NCBI GenBank assembly: GCA_964397415.1
Contig: CAYNIJ010000001.1
Span: forward strand, 389,662-453,661
From: an uncultured Ignavibacteriales bacterium
GTDB lineage: Bacteria; Zixibacteria; MSB-5A5; GN15; FEB-12
Reading direction: 5' to 3'
DNA length: 64,000 nt
In this document: positions 26,405-36,211 of the stretch, one piece after another
Numbering within the stretch: the stretch's first letter is position 1
How the letters are laid out: each line of letters starts with the position of its first letter
Program-made: the position numbers and the translations under genes
The notes under the pieces: model-generated
What the model was told of the DNA's origin: nothing
Seen by the model: the letters and a program-made list of their open reading frames with translations, nothing else
Databases searched by the model: none

Positions 26405-27564
26405 TGACGACGAAGCGCGACTATTACGAAATTCTGGGCGTCGACAAGGCGGCTGACGAAGCGACCATCAAATCTGCCTATCGGAAGAGAGCGATGCAGT
26501 ATCACCCTGACCGAAATCAGGGGAACGCTGAAGCTGAAGAGCGCTTCAAGGAAGCAACCGAAGCGTACGAGGTCCTCAAGGATGCCGACAAACGGCGCAT
26601 GTACGACCAGTTCGGTCACGCCGGGATGCAGGGCGGGGGCTTCAACTACGGCGGTGGCGGATTCCAGGGATTCGATCTGTCGGACGCCCTGCGTGCTTTC
26701 ATGCGCGATTTCGGCGGCGGTGGCGGTTCTATCTTTGATGATATCTTTGACACCGGACGTCGTGGCCAGCGCTCGAATCAGGGCGAAGATCTGCGCGTTC
26801 GTTTTGCCGTAACCCTTGAAGAAGTAGCCAGCGGCATCGAGAAAACCATCAAGATCAACCGGCTGCTTCGATGTGATACCTGTGCCGGTTCGGGCGTGGC
26901 GGCGGGTTCTTCCAAAAAACAGTGCCCTCAGTGCAAAGGGCATGGACAGGTTCGCACTATTCAGCGCACCTTCCTGGGAACGATCCAGCAGGTAAGCACC
27001 TGCAATACCTGTCGTGGGATCGGTGAGATCATCGCCGATCCATGCCGCAGTTGCGGAGGAGAGGGGCGCGTCAAAGGCTCGTCAAACGTCAAGGTCAAGG
27101 CGCCGGCCGGTGTCGCCTCCGGTAACTATATGTCGATCGAAGGGATGGGGAATGCCGGTCCGCACGGCGGACACCCGGGCGACCTGATAGTCGTCTTCGA
27201 AGAACTCGAGCACGAACGCTTCTCCCGTCAAGGCGACAATATCCTGCTCGAATTGCCGATCTCATTCACTACGGCGGCGTTGGGCGGGGAAGTTACCGTT
27301 CCGACCATCAACGGTAGCGAGACAATTACTGTGCCGGCAGGAACGCAATCCGGCAAGATTCTGAAGTTAAAAGGCAAGGGGATTCCGCATCTGCATCACA
27401 GCGGTCGAGGGGATCAGTTAGTCCAAGTCACCGTCTGGGTGCCGACCAAGCTCTCTTCGGAGGATAAGAAGATCCTGCAGAAGCTGGCGTCGTCGGAATC
27501 ATTCAATGCTCCCAAGGGTGACAAATCGTTCTTTGAGAAACTTCGTTCAACCCTTGGAGTCTAA
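26404..27564 (+). CDS. dnaJ: Molecular chaperone DnaJ
   Basis: J domain with HPD (YHPDRN), G/F-rich linker, four CxxCxGxG zinc-finger repeats. TGATG overlap with dnaK. Confidence 0.97.
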   Translation: MTTKRDYYEILGVDKAADEATIKSAYRKRAMQYHPDRNQGNAEAEERFKEATEAYEVLKDADKRRMYDQFGHAGMQGGGFNYGGGGFQGFDLSDALRAFMRDFGGGGGSIFDDIFDTGRRGQRSNQGEDLRVRFAVTLEEVASGIEKTIKINRLLRCDTCAGSGVAAGSSKKQCPQCKGHGQVRTIQRTFLGTIQQVSTCNTCRGIGEIIADPCRSCGGEGRVKGSSNVKVKAPAGVASGNYMSIEGMGNAGPHGGHPGDLIVVFEELEHERFSRQGDNILLELPISFTTAALGGEVTVPTINGSETITVPAGTQSGKILKLKGKGIPHLHHSGRGDQLVQVTVWVPTKLSSEDKKILQKLASSESFNAPKGDKSFFEKLRSTLGV

Positions 27565-27566
27565 CG

Positions 27567-28451
27567 ATGCAGGCTGGAATGCCGGAAAGTTACATCGAGG
27601 CGCGCATCGCTGTCGCGCGGTCGATGGCCGATGCTGTCTGTAATTTCATCATCGACAATATCACCAGCGGCCTGGTACTCGAAGAGGAGGATGACTCTCC
27701 GGATACCGTGATCACCTTTTATGTCTCGCCCGACAAAGAGAATGCTTTCCGCCAGGATTTTCCGGTCTACTTGACCGATATCTATACGTCGCTCAGCCAA
27801 CCGGTTCCTGCCATTACCGAGAAACAAATCAAAAATGTCGAATGGGTAGAGGAATACAAGGCCTCCATCCAGCCGGTCCGCATCGCTGCAGATATTGTGG
27901 TCCGCCCGAAATGGCATGACCGCCAGCCCGACACCAAGTACGACATTCTTATCGAACCCAAAATGGCGTTTGGCACCGGTACACATGAAACGACCCGCAC
28001 CTGCCTCGCGGTGATCCGGAGACACTTCGGGCCTGGACTTCGATTTCTGGACATGGGAACCGGCTCCGGGATCCTGTCCATTCTCGCGTCGCAAATGGGC
28101 GCGAGTTTCATCAAGGCGATCGACTACGATGTTACCGCCGTGCAGAATTGCCAAGAGAACTTTGAAATAAACGGGATCACGACCCCGAACGAAGTTCTCT
28201 TCGGGTCAATTGAGAAGGCGATCAATGACCAGCCGTATGAGTTTGTCTGCGCCAATATCATCAAAAGCACAATTCTCCCCATGCTTCGCCGATTGATCAA
28301 CCTGACTTCCGCTGGCGGGACACTGGTGCTCTCCGGTTTGCTGACACAGGATGAGGAAGAGGTCACGCAGGCCTTGCGTGAATATGGCCAGCCCAAGTTT
28401 GAAATCGTCGTCGACAACAAATGGATCACCTACGTGGTTGCGAAGCAGTAG
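27567..28451 (+). CDS. prmA: Ribosomal protein L11 methyltransferase PrmA
   Basis: FGTGTHETTRTCL and LDMGTGSGILSI SAM-binding motifs. Position after dnaJ matches Firmicute-type operons. Confidence 0.9.
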   Translation: MQAGMPESYIEARIAVARSMADAVCNFIIDNITSGLVLEEEDDSPDTVITFYVSPDKENAFRQDFPVYLTDIYTSLSQPVPAITEKQIKNVEWVEEYKASIQPVRIAADIVVRPKWHDRQPDTKYDILIEPKMAFGTGTHETTRTCLAVIRRHFGPGLRFLDMGTGSGILSILASQMGASFIKAIDYDVTAVQNCQENFEINGITTPNEVLFGSIEKAINDQPYEFVCANIIKSTILPMLRRLINLTSAGGTLVLSGLLTQDEEEVTQALREYGQPKFEIVVDNKWITYVVAKQ

Positions 28452-28454
28452 CCG

Positions 28455-29198
28455 ATGGAACCGCCTCTCTTCTATGCCTCACCTGAACATCTGGCGGATG
28501 ATGTCGTCCTTCTACCGGCGGCAGAATCCCACCATGCTATCGATGTCCTGCGTATGCAGGCGGGGAATCTCGCGTTAGTAGTTGATGGATTGGGGAATGG
28601 CGCCCGCGGTGAAATTCGCATCACCAAAAAGAGACAAGTTGAACTGATTGTCCATTCAAGATTGCGTCAGTTCGGTGAGCCGTCAATCAAGGTAACACTA
28701 GCGGCCGGATTGTCGGTCGGTTACAAGTTTGATGAGATCGTTGACAAAGGCACGCAACTTGGCGTGAGCCGGTTTGTGCCGCTGATGACCGAGAAATCCA
28801 AGATTAAACTCGACGACCCAAAGCGACTTCGCGCCAAAACAGACCGACTCGAAAAAGTCGCTCTCGCGGCCATGAAGCAGTGCCGGCGGTCATATCGCCC
28901 GGAGATAGCGTTACCGCTCTCGTTCAGGCAATTCATGTCCGAGTCTGATGAAGGACTCAAGCTGATATTTCACCCATCGCCAGACAGCCCGTTTGTCGCC
29001 GACCTCAATATTACAGAGACCCCGCACCGGATCACTTTACTGGTGGGGCCAGAGTCTGGGTTCTCGTCTACTGAGGTTGCCGCTGCCCGCGACAAAGGGT
29101 ATCTCCAGGTCGGAATGGGGAAGAGGGTCTTGCGCACCGAGAATGCCGGCCCCATCGCCGTAGCCCTGGTGATGGCCAAATTCGGCGAGTTCAACTAA
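28455..29198 (+). CDS. rsmE: 16S rRNA (uracil1498-N3)-methyltransferase RsmE
   Basis: PUA-like N-terminus and SPOUT C-terminus (VGPESGFS..E......G......G.RVLRTENAG). Confidence 0.9.
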   Translation: MEPPLFYASPEHLADDVVLLPAAESHHAIDVLRMQAGNLALVVDGLGNGARGEIRITKKRQVELIVHSRLRQFGEPSIKVTLAAGLSVGYKFDEIVDKGTQLGVSRFVPLMTEKSKIKLDDPKRLRAKTDRLEKVALAAMKQCRRSYRPEIALPLSFRQFMSESDEGLKLIFHPSPDSPFVADLNITETPHRITLLVGPESGFSSTEVAAARDKGYLQVGMGKRVLRTENAGPIAVALVMAKFGEFN

Positions 29199-29226
29199 TC
29201 CCGGCAATTGCCGATATCGTGTAGTA

Positions 29227-30009
29227 ATGGATGGACTTCTCTACACCTACGTGGCCCTTATCGGGCTGGCGATCGGTTCGTTCGCCAATGTTCTGATCTA
29301 CCGCCTACCACGCGAAAAAAACGTCGTGCTCAGTCGTTCGGCCTGCCCCAAATGCGGGACCAAGCTGAAATGGTATCACAATGTTCCGTTACTCAGCTAT
29401 ATCGCTCTTCGGGGTAAGTGCGGATTCTGCAAGAGTCCGATCTCGTTTCGTTATCCATTGGTCGAATCGGTCAACGCGCTCTTGTATCTCTATTTCCTCT
29501 GGCGTTTCGGCCTCTCTGTCGAATTTCTGATATTCTGTTATTTGGGCACTGTCCTGCTTGCGATTTTCTTTATCGATCTTGATTTCCAGATCATCCCGGA
29601 TCTGCTCACCTACTCCGGAATGGTACTCGGGCTGTTGGTCGCGCTCCTACCGGGCGGGATCAGTATTCTTTCGTCGGGGATTGGATTGTTGGTCGGTGGC
29701 GGAGCACTGTATCTGATCGCGCTTCTGGGCGACGCGCTCTTCAAGAAGGAGTCGATGGGGGGCGGGGATATCAAACTTGCCGCCATGCTGGGGGCGTTCC
29801 TCGGCTGGCAGAAGGTGCTTCTGATATTCCTCTCATCCGCAGTCATAGGACTTGTTATCTCAGTCGCGATCATGGCCTTTTCTGCCAAACTGCGTCAGGA
29901 GCGGGTCATCCCCTTCGGACCCTTCATCGCCCTCGCGGCGGTGGTCACTATGCTCTATGGTGACCAGATCATTGCGTACTATTTGCACAACATTCTTGGC
30001 CTGAACTAG
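29227..30009 (+). CDS. pilD: Prepilin leader peptidase / N-methyltransferase (A24 family, PilD)
   Basis: N-terminal CxxC...CxxC region (CPKCGTKL...CGFCKSPI), polytopic membrane body, GGGDIKL catalytic Asp motif. Confidence 0.9.
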   Translation: MDGLLYTYVALIGLAIGSFANVLIYRLPREKNVVLSRSACPKCGTKLKWYHNVPLLSYIALRGKCGFCKSPISFRYPLVESVNALLYLYFLWRFGLSVEFLIFCYLGTVLLAIFFIDLDFQIIPDLLTYSGMVLGLLVALLPGGISILSSGIGLLVGGGALYLIALLGDALFKKESMGGGDIKLAAMLGAFLGWQKVLLIFLSSAVIGLVISVAIMAFSAKLRQERVIPFGPFIALAAVVTMLYGDQIIAYYLHNILGLN

Positions 30010-30050
30010 CCTTTTCTTTTCCCCCTGTTTCTCCGGCCGATATTAGAGCT

Positions 30051-31871
30051 ATGCCTTTGGGTAAAGCCAAATATCGCTTTGAGTCCGAGGTCCACCTCGG
30101 TCTGCTGAGTATTGTCCTGGTTCTCCTGCTGCTGAGTGTAGCTTCCAACTTGGTATTGTTCAAAGCGCGGATGCGCTTGCAGGAGGAAACCACCGACCGC
30201 CTCAGGACCGCGGTAGTCGCCGCCACGCGCACCATTCAAGAAAACGACTATGTCCAACTTCCTGACTCGGTGCGGCGTCAACTGGTACGGCAGTATGAGC
30301 TGAGTGGGCTGACCATTGTTCCCAATCAACCCACAGACTCAGCCCCCGCAACCCAGGTCCTCTGGCTTCGCTCAATTCTGACGCAGTTGCCCATCACTCA
30401 GGCGCCGGATATCATCGACCGGCTCCTTCGCGCCGAACCGAACAAGCTGATGCGCGGGGATGACCAGGAGTTCTTCATGGTGACCGGTCTGCCGGGAGCC
30501 GCTCAGACCAGGCTCGCGGTAGTCTCGATATATCATCCAGAACTTGCGTATCTGCAGGATGGCAGCCGCGTCGTATTGTGGGTTGGAGCCGGAGTCACAC
30601 TTCTTGCCGCTTTGGGATATATAGTTCTTTCACGATTCATCTTCCGCCCGTTCCGACGAATTCGTGAGCAAGCGCAGTTGGCTGGACGAGAGGTAAATGG
30701 ACTTGACCATGAAGCGGATGCCGTAGTTGAAGAATATCGCGAAGTCATCCGGGAACTGCGCGAAAAGGAAACAGAACTTACCAGACTGAATGCCGCGATC
30801 CAGCAGCGGGCCGATTCTCTCGAGCAATTCAATGAATACCTGATGTCGTCAATTGACTCGGGAATCATCTCGCTTGATATCTCTGGCAAGGTCAAGGCGA
30901 TCAATTCGTCCGCCGCCCGGCTGTTGGAATTTGAAGGTGTCGACACTGATAGTCACTATTCCGCGATCATCGGCCAGAAGACCGCACTCGCTCAGGCGAT
31001 TGGTTCTGCGCTCAATAAGAGATCCGGCGCCGGATATCGCGAGATCTCACACATCCTCCCCGGCGGTCGGGAATTGATTCTCGGTACGGCTATCTCCGTG
31101 GTTCGAGACTCCGAAGGAAAGATACTTGGATTGTCGGTCATGTTGAATGACCTGACCGAGTTGACTCATCTGCGCAAGCAAGTCGAGCAGAACAGCCGCC
31201 TCGCCGCCCTCGGCGAAATGGCGGCCGGGTTGGCGCATCAAATACGAAACTCGCTCGGAGCGATCGGTGGGTTTGGGAATCTGCTGAAACGTCGACTCCT
31301 CAAACTGGATCAGACAGTTGAAATGGCGGAATCGTTGCTTAAGGAAGCCCGCGAGGCCGAGGATCTCGTCTCCAAATTCCTGGCGTTCGCCCGACCTCTG
31401 AACCCTCAGCCACAGAGGTTCTCCCTGCGCGCGATGCTCGACGAGATCACGGATTCGTATTGCGCGCGCGAGGACCTTCGCCATATACGCATTGAGATTA
31501 TTGGTCCTGAAGCCTCTGTCGAAGCCGACCCGCTGTTGATCAAACAGGTGATCGGCAATTTGATCGACAATGCCATCCAGTCATACGATGGTCGCGAGGG
31601 GGATGTATCCGTATCTGTACACTCAGAAAAAGGGACTGTGACAGTCCGCATTACCGATCATGGCTGTGGCATTGCTGATGACAAGCTCGACAAGATCTTC
31701 ACGCCGTTTTATTCCTCCCGGCCCAGTGGGACCGGGCTGGGTCTTCCGTTGGCGAGCCGCATAGTCAGTCTGCATGGGGGGAGTCTTGCCGTCGAATCCG
31801 TCGAAGGGCGCGGGACGACCATCCTGATCCAACTTCCTGAATCGTCGGGGGTCCTCGAACCGACCTGCTGA
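30051..31871 (+). CDS. Membrane sensor histidine kinase (PAS, HisKA, HATPase; NtrB/PilS-like H-box)
   Basis: Two TM segments flank a periplasmic region. PAS-like segment (SIDSGIISLDISGKVKAINSSAARLL). H-box AAGLAHQIRNSLGAI, N-box IGNLIDNAI, G-boxes DHGCGI and GTGLGLPL. Confidence 0.88.
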   Translation: MPLGKAKYRFESEVHLGLLSIVLVLLLLSVASNLVLFKARMRLQEETTDRLRTAVVAATRTIQENDYVQLPDSVRRQLVRQYELSGLTIVPNQPTDSAPATQVLWLRSILTQLPITQAPDIIDRLLRAEPNKLMRGDDQEFFMVTGLPGAAQTRLAVVSIYHPELAYLQDGSRVVLWVGAGVTLLAALGYIVLSRFIFRPFRRIREQAQLAGREVNGLDHEADAVVEEYREVIRELREKETELTRLNAAIQQRADSLEQFNEYLMSSIDSGIISLDISGKVKAINSSAARLLEFEGVDTDSHYSAIIGQKTALAQAIGSALNKRSGAGYREISHILPGGRELILGTAISVVRDSEGKILGLSVMLNDLTELTHLRKQVEQNSRLAALGEMAAGLAHQIRNSLGAIGGFGNLLKRRLLKLDQTVEMAESLLKEAREAEDLVSKFLAFARPLNPQPQRFSLRAMLDEITDSYCAREDLRHIRIEIIGPEASVEADPLLIKQVIGNLIDNAIQSYDGREGDVSVSVHSEKGTVTVRITDHGCGIADDKLDKIFTPFYSSRPSGTGLGLPLASRIVSLHGGSLAVESVEGRGTTILIQLPESSGVLEPTC

Positions 31872-31939
31872 CGCCTGCAGAAAGTGCTTGGGAAATCGGC
31901 CGGAATCGTTATATTGGCCGCACTTTTGCAGGAGGATGC

Positions 31940-32497
31940 ATGTACACGGTTTCGGATTTCAGACGGGGATTGCCTATTATCGTAGACGATCAACCGTACT
32001 ATGTGGTTGAGTACCAACACTTCAAGATGGGTCGCGGTAAAGCGAACATCCGCACCAAACTAAAACATATCAAAACCGGCTCGGTCATCGAGAAGGTCTT
32101 TTCATCGAATGATGTTTTCAAGCCTCCAGATCTCGAAAACCGCCGCATGCAGTACCTCTATGAATCGACTGGCGAATGCACATTCATGGATGTACAAAAC
32201 TTTGAGCAGATCACGGTGCCGATCGATAAGCTCGGCGATGCCAAGTGGTATCTTATCGAGAATTCCGAGTATCAGGTTCTCTTTCTGGATAACGCTCCGA
32301 TCTCGGTGGAGCTCCCCGCGGCAGTCACTCTTCAAGTGACCGAGACCGAACCGGTTGTCCGTGGAGATACGGTGAGCAACGTGACAAAACCTGCCAAGCT
32401 GAGTACCGGACTGCAGGTCAGAGTCCCTCCGTTCGTCAAAGAAGGGGATATGGTCCGCGTGGACACCCGAAGCGGCGAGTATCTCGAAAGAGCATAG
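31940..32497 (+). CDS. efp: Translation elongation factor P
   Basis: Aligns by eye along its full length to EF-P and ends VDTRSGEYLERA. The loop reads FKMGRGKANIRTKL, with Arg32 at the usually modified position. Confidence 0.95.
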   Translation: MYTVSDFRRGLPIIVDDQPYYVVEYQHFKMGRGKANIRTKLKHIKTGSVIEKVFSSNDVFKPPDLENRRMQYLYESTGECTFMDVQNFEQITVPIDKLGDAKWYLIENSEYQVLFLDNAPISVELPAAVTLQVTETEPVVRGDTVSNVTKPAKLSTGLQVRVPPFVKEGDMVRVDTRSGEYLERA

Positions 32498-32508
32498 GGG
32501 GCGATGTC

Positions 32509-33156
32509 TTGCCGATCATTATCGGAGTCGATGAATCGGGAAAAGGTGATTTCTTTGGGCCGCTTGTCATAGCGGCCCTTTTGGCGTCAGATGATGACAT
32601 CGAGCGTCTCAAATCGCTCGGTGTGCGTGACTCCAAACAAATTGCGGACAAGAAACTACTGCAGATCGATGAACAGCTCCGCAAGAGCTTTCCTCACGCG
32701 GTGCGCGTGATTCTTCCATCCGAATACAATCCTCTTTATCGCCGTATCAAGAATCTGAATATCCTTCTTGCTCAGGGGCATGCTGAGGTCATTCAACAAC
32801 TACTTTCACAACGCCCGGCCGACAAGGCTATCTCGGACCAGTTCGGCAAACCTGAATTGATTGAGAAAGCCCTGTCAGATCGAGGCTGTCACGTAGAGCT
32901 TGAGCAGACAGTCCGCGCTGAATCCATCCCGCAGGTTGGCGCCGCGTCTATCTGCGCAAGGGCGGAGTTCGTTCGTCAGATGGAAATCCTCTCGCAACGG
33001 GCCGGGATGACTCTCCCCAAAGGGGCGGGTCCTCAAGTAGATACGGCAGGGGGAGAGTTGGTGCGAAGATTAGGGGTACCGGCGCTCGAGCAATTTGCCA
33101 AACACCATTTCAAGAACTACATCCGCGCGACAGCCCGCGCGGCCTCGCTGAAATAA
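32509..33156 (+). CDS. Type-2 ribonuclease H (RNase HII/HIII family, HIII-like catalytic motif, no long N-terminal domain)
   Basis: TTG start. Catalytic N-terminus IIGVDESGKGDFFGPLVIAA. 215 aa. Confidence 0.75.
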   Translation: MPIIIGVDESGKGDFFGPLVIAALLASDDDIERLKSLGVRDSKQIADKKLLQIDEQLRKSFPHAVRVILPSEYNPLYRRIKNLNILLAQGHAEVIQQLLSQRPADKAISDQFGKPELIEKALSDRGCHVELEQTVRAESIPQVGAASICARAEFVRQMEILSQRAGMTLPKGAGPQVDTAGGELVRRLGVPALEQFAKHHFKNYIRATARAASLK

Positions 33157-33160
33157 AAGA

Positions 33161-33177
33161 GCCGGGAATAACCCGGC
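33161..33177. terminator. Shared hairpin between convergent genes (probable bidirectional terminator)
   Basis: GCCGGG-AATAA-CCCGGC, with AAATAAAAGA on the left (a U-run for the minus-strand gene) and TTCAATATC on the right. Confidence 0.5.
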
Positions 33178-33208
33178 TTCAATATCTCCAAAATCAGCTT
33201 AACGGAAT

Positions 33209-33937
33209 CTATCGCGAAAAGCTGACCAATTCGCCAAGCTGCCGGCCATTTGGATAGGTGGCAGTCGACCCGATCACATAGCGGACCAGGCCAAACCCCG
33301 GAGCAAACCAGTACTGGTTGGTCGAACCATCCGAGAGCTGGTTCACGATCCTGACCGACCCTGCGTACGCGTCCCCATTGGTCAAGACTATCGTTTCGAC
33401 CGCGGCCACGCGAAGTTCGTTGCTGCCGGTGATGGGGAATACTTTCGTCGCGGCGCCGCCATTGCCCCCATTATCCTCAGTGAGAATGTCGCCAAGGTCC
33501 GTCTCGCCAGTCACGATCGAGACCGTATCGGTTACATCGTTGGACGGATAGCGGGTCCATTTGGCGCCAGGATTGAGCGGCCCCTGCAGAATTCGCTCGC
33601 CCGTCGAGTTGACACCTTCGTACACGTAGAGGCTCGAGCCACTGACCACGATATAGCACGTGTCGTAACCGTTGACCGTTTCATAAAACCAGAGGGTGGC
33701 CGTGGTTTGCGAGAAAGGTACAGTTCCTCCGACACGGAAGGTCGATGACGCGACCCGTCCATCGGAATCGCGCACTTCATATCTGCTAGTGTACCCCGGA
33801 TCAACCGGGAAATAAAAGGTAATGGCGCTACGATCATCAGTCTGGTCTACCGCCGGTGCAATGATATCATTATCAGAACAACTGGCAAGACAAAGCCCAA
33901 GCAGGGTCACGGAAAACAGTAAAAGACGGTTCTTCAT
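33209..33937 (-). CDS. Lipoprotein of unknown function
   Basis: Probable start at MKNRLLLFSVTLLGLCLASC (lipobox LASC); the tracked ORF starts 13 codons earlier. Beta-rich; no recognisable motif. Confidence 0.65.
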   Translation of the reverse strand: MKNRLLLFSVTLLGLCLASCSDNDIIAPAVDQTDDRSAITFYFPVDPGYTSRYEVRDSDGRVASSTFRVGGTVPFSQTTATLWFYETVNGYDTCYIVVSGSSLYVYEGVNSTGERILQGPLNPGAKWTRYPSNDVTDTVSIVTGETDLGDILTEDNGGNGGAATKVFPITGSNELRVAAVETIVLTNGDAYAGSVRIVNQLSDGSTNQYWFAPGFGLVRYVIGSTATYPNGRQLGELVSFSR

Positions 33938-34210
33938 GGGACTGCTCCTCCTGGTCGGATGAAGAGTTAGAAACATGTTCGCGAGCAGGGAATAGGCAAG
34001 TTCGGTGCCGCCATCGGCCAGTCCGCCTAAGTTGTTATCTTCGTTGCTTGCACCTGAAAACAGCCAAAACGCCGCTCAGAAAAAAGCGTCGAAAAGTATG
34101 GGGAGCTCCCTATAGTCGAGGGAGTCGCCGAGTTCGCCCCCAGACCCTAATCAGATTCGTCCGATTGCCGATAATGTCACAGATGGTAATGGCTTACGAA
34201 GGGACGAGCA

Positions 34211-36211
34211 ATGCTGGGTAGCGTTATTCTGGACTGGGTTCTTCCACTTGGGCTTGTTGCGGGATTAGTGTCAGTCGTTCGTTTACGACAGACGTTTTTC
34301 AGAGTTAATGATCACGCGTATCACTTCGTCAGTTCCGGGCTTGGATTCCTCGCATTGGCCGTGGTCCTTCGCCTCTATCATAATGGCGGATTGCTAGCGA
34401 ATTTGCCGTTTGTCTCTGACCATATCTTTTATCGATTGATCTTCTGGTCAGCTATTACCGCGGGATGTGGACTCATTGTCAGCGGCCTTTCGACTTTCAC
34501 GGTTGATGCCATCGCCGCGCGCAGAACTCTACGCACCAGGCTCGCCGGACTTGAACTTATTCGCACCGTTGAACGTTTGCTCGCTGTTGAGCCACGATTA
34601 AACACACTCTTGTCGACCACTGCCGATCACCTCGCGACTACCTATGGAGCAACCTATCGCGCGGTCTATCGGCGATTCCCCGGCACCACAACGCTCGCAA
34701 GATTAGACTCATCGATCAACACTGATGGTTCTCCATTCCCTGCCGAGCTTGAGGCCGATGAAGTCACCCAGATGTTAGGACATTCTTACTCACAAAAGAT
34801 TCTGGCGTTCCCGATTCGTTACAACGGAGTGGTTGAAGTAGTCATAGCCTTGCGGCTCGAACAGCCGCTGTCCGCCAATGACCGCACGAACATCGCGGTC
34901 GTAGGCGAGATACTCTCTCACCGCCTGGAGTTGGAGAAGCAGTACGAACGCATCACTGCATATCAGGCAAATGGCCGAATGGAGCGAGAACTGCGTCTAG
35001 AATCGCGTAAGACAGACAGCGCGGCCAGACTCTCCGCTTTGATCATGAACGAAGTCAGGAATCGGCTCGACATCGATCTAGTGTCTCTCTGCTTTATTCA
35101 GCGGCACACAAACCGCATGACCCGCTTCTCCGTCGGGACTACCGGCGCCATGCTTACGGAGAAGGGTCTCCCGATTCCGGCTGGCCTCGCAGAGGAACTG
35201 GTCGATACCGATCGCGCCGACCACGGTGCTGTGATTCCGATTGATGATACCTCCGCATATGGTCTTCCCACGAACATACTGTCAGCCGTAGCGTTGACCT
35301 GTCGCCGCACATCCCGCGGCGCGATGATTCTTTTGCTTGCCTCAGCGCATCGGCACCCGATGATGGAGGTTCTGTCCGGCCTGGAGTTCCTTGCTCCCTT
35401 GACAGGCGACCTGTTTGCCGAATTTTGGGGACGTCAATCCCGCGCGCGTTCAGTCCGACGGATCGGAAGACTGCAGCGAATCCTTCACCGTGAACTGGCC
35501 AATCATGATCTTGGCTCCATCGGCAATGCCGTAGCGCATCTCCTTCAACGCGAGCTAAAGGCAGATGCCGTGCGACTCATTTCGGCCGACCAAAGCCCGA
35601 CCTTCTTCAAAACAGTCGGCGCGGCGAATGCCAAAGGAGTCCAGTCAAACACCGAAGAATACACCGTGCTTCGCAGTCACCTTCGAGCGCACGAGGAAGT
35701 CATCTCGAGCGGAACGGCAGTCTGGCTTGATTCATCATGTTCTGACCTGACTATTTCAGTCGCTGAGGCACAGGCTGTCATGACATCACCGCTGGGAACG
35801 GTCGCCATTGTACCAATTCCCTCCGAGAAGGGCGTCATCGGCACGGTCAGTATCGCCTCGGGTACCGGCCAGGGCCGCGTTAGATACAATCGTGAAGAGC
35901 GACAGTTTATCACCCTGGTTGCCCAGGCGATGGGTATGATCCTATCCCTCGACCGTCAATGTCAGAGCGGCAGCGGGTGGAGTATCACGCGGACCAGTGA
36001 CCGGCAACTTCGCAGTCGCATGAAATCATCGCTGTCGGGCATAATCGGTTCGCTCGAATTGATCCGCAAAGGCGAGTCGACTGAGGGACAGGTCGAGCAC
36101 TATCTCGGCATCATTGACAGCTCCGCACGACGCATCAACGACTACCTGACCAACGGTTCATCAGATTCACCGGTGCGAGAACGTGAGGAAGAGAATGTTC
36201 TCGACGACTGA
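34211..36211 (+). CDS. Membrane protein with GAF-like sensor repeats and a degenerate His-less DHp/HisKA-like C-terminus (pseudo-histidine kinase)
   Basis: Three to four N-terminal hydrophobic helices, then a long cytoplasmic region. C-terminal RSRMKSSLSGIIGSLELIRKG...RRINDYL matches the H-box helix pattern without the His. No ATP-binding boxes before the stop. Confidence 0.7.
   Translation: MLGSVILDWVLPLGLVAGLVSVVRLRQTFFRVNDHAYHFVSSGLGFLALAVVLRLYHNGGLLANLPFVSDHIFYRLIFWSAITAGCGLIVSGLSTFTVDAIAARRTLRTRLAGLELIRTVERLLAVEPRLNTLLSTTADHLATTYGATYRAVYRRFPGTTTLARLDSSINTDGSPFPAELEADEVTQMLGHSYSQKILAFPIRYNGVVEVVIALRLEQPLSANDRTNIAVVGEILSHRLELEKQYERITAYQANGRMERELRLESRKTDSAARLSALIMNEVRNRLDIDLVSLCFIQRHTNRMTRFSVGTTGAMLTEKGLPIPAGLAEELVDTDRADHGAVIPIDDTSAYGLPTNILSAVALTCRRTSRGAMILLLASAHRHPMMEVLSGLEFLAPLTGDLFAEFWGRQSRARSVRRIGRLQRILHRELANHDLGSIGNAVAHLLQRELKADAVRLISADQSPTFFKTVGAANAKGVQSNTEEYTVLRSHLRAHEEVISSGTAVWLDSSCSDLTISVAEAQAVMTSPLGTVAIVPIPSEKGVIGTVSIASGTGQGRVRYNREERQFITLVAQAMGMILSLDRQCQSGSGWSITRTSDRQLRSRMKSSLSGIIGSLELIRKGESTEGQVEHYLGIIDSSARRINDYLTNGSSDSPVREREEENVLDD

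Noticed and set aside
26089-26943. 284-aa ORF on the minus strand
   Set aside because: Antisense to the dnaK 3' end and dnaJ 5' end, with no motifs. The same reasoning applies to the other long antisense ORFs in the track, e.g. 3321-3932, 4456-5121, 16294-16878, 27561-28154, 44301-44882 and 58784-59566.
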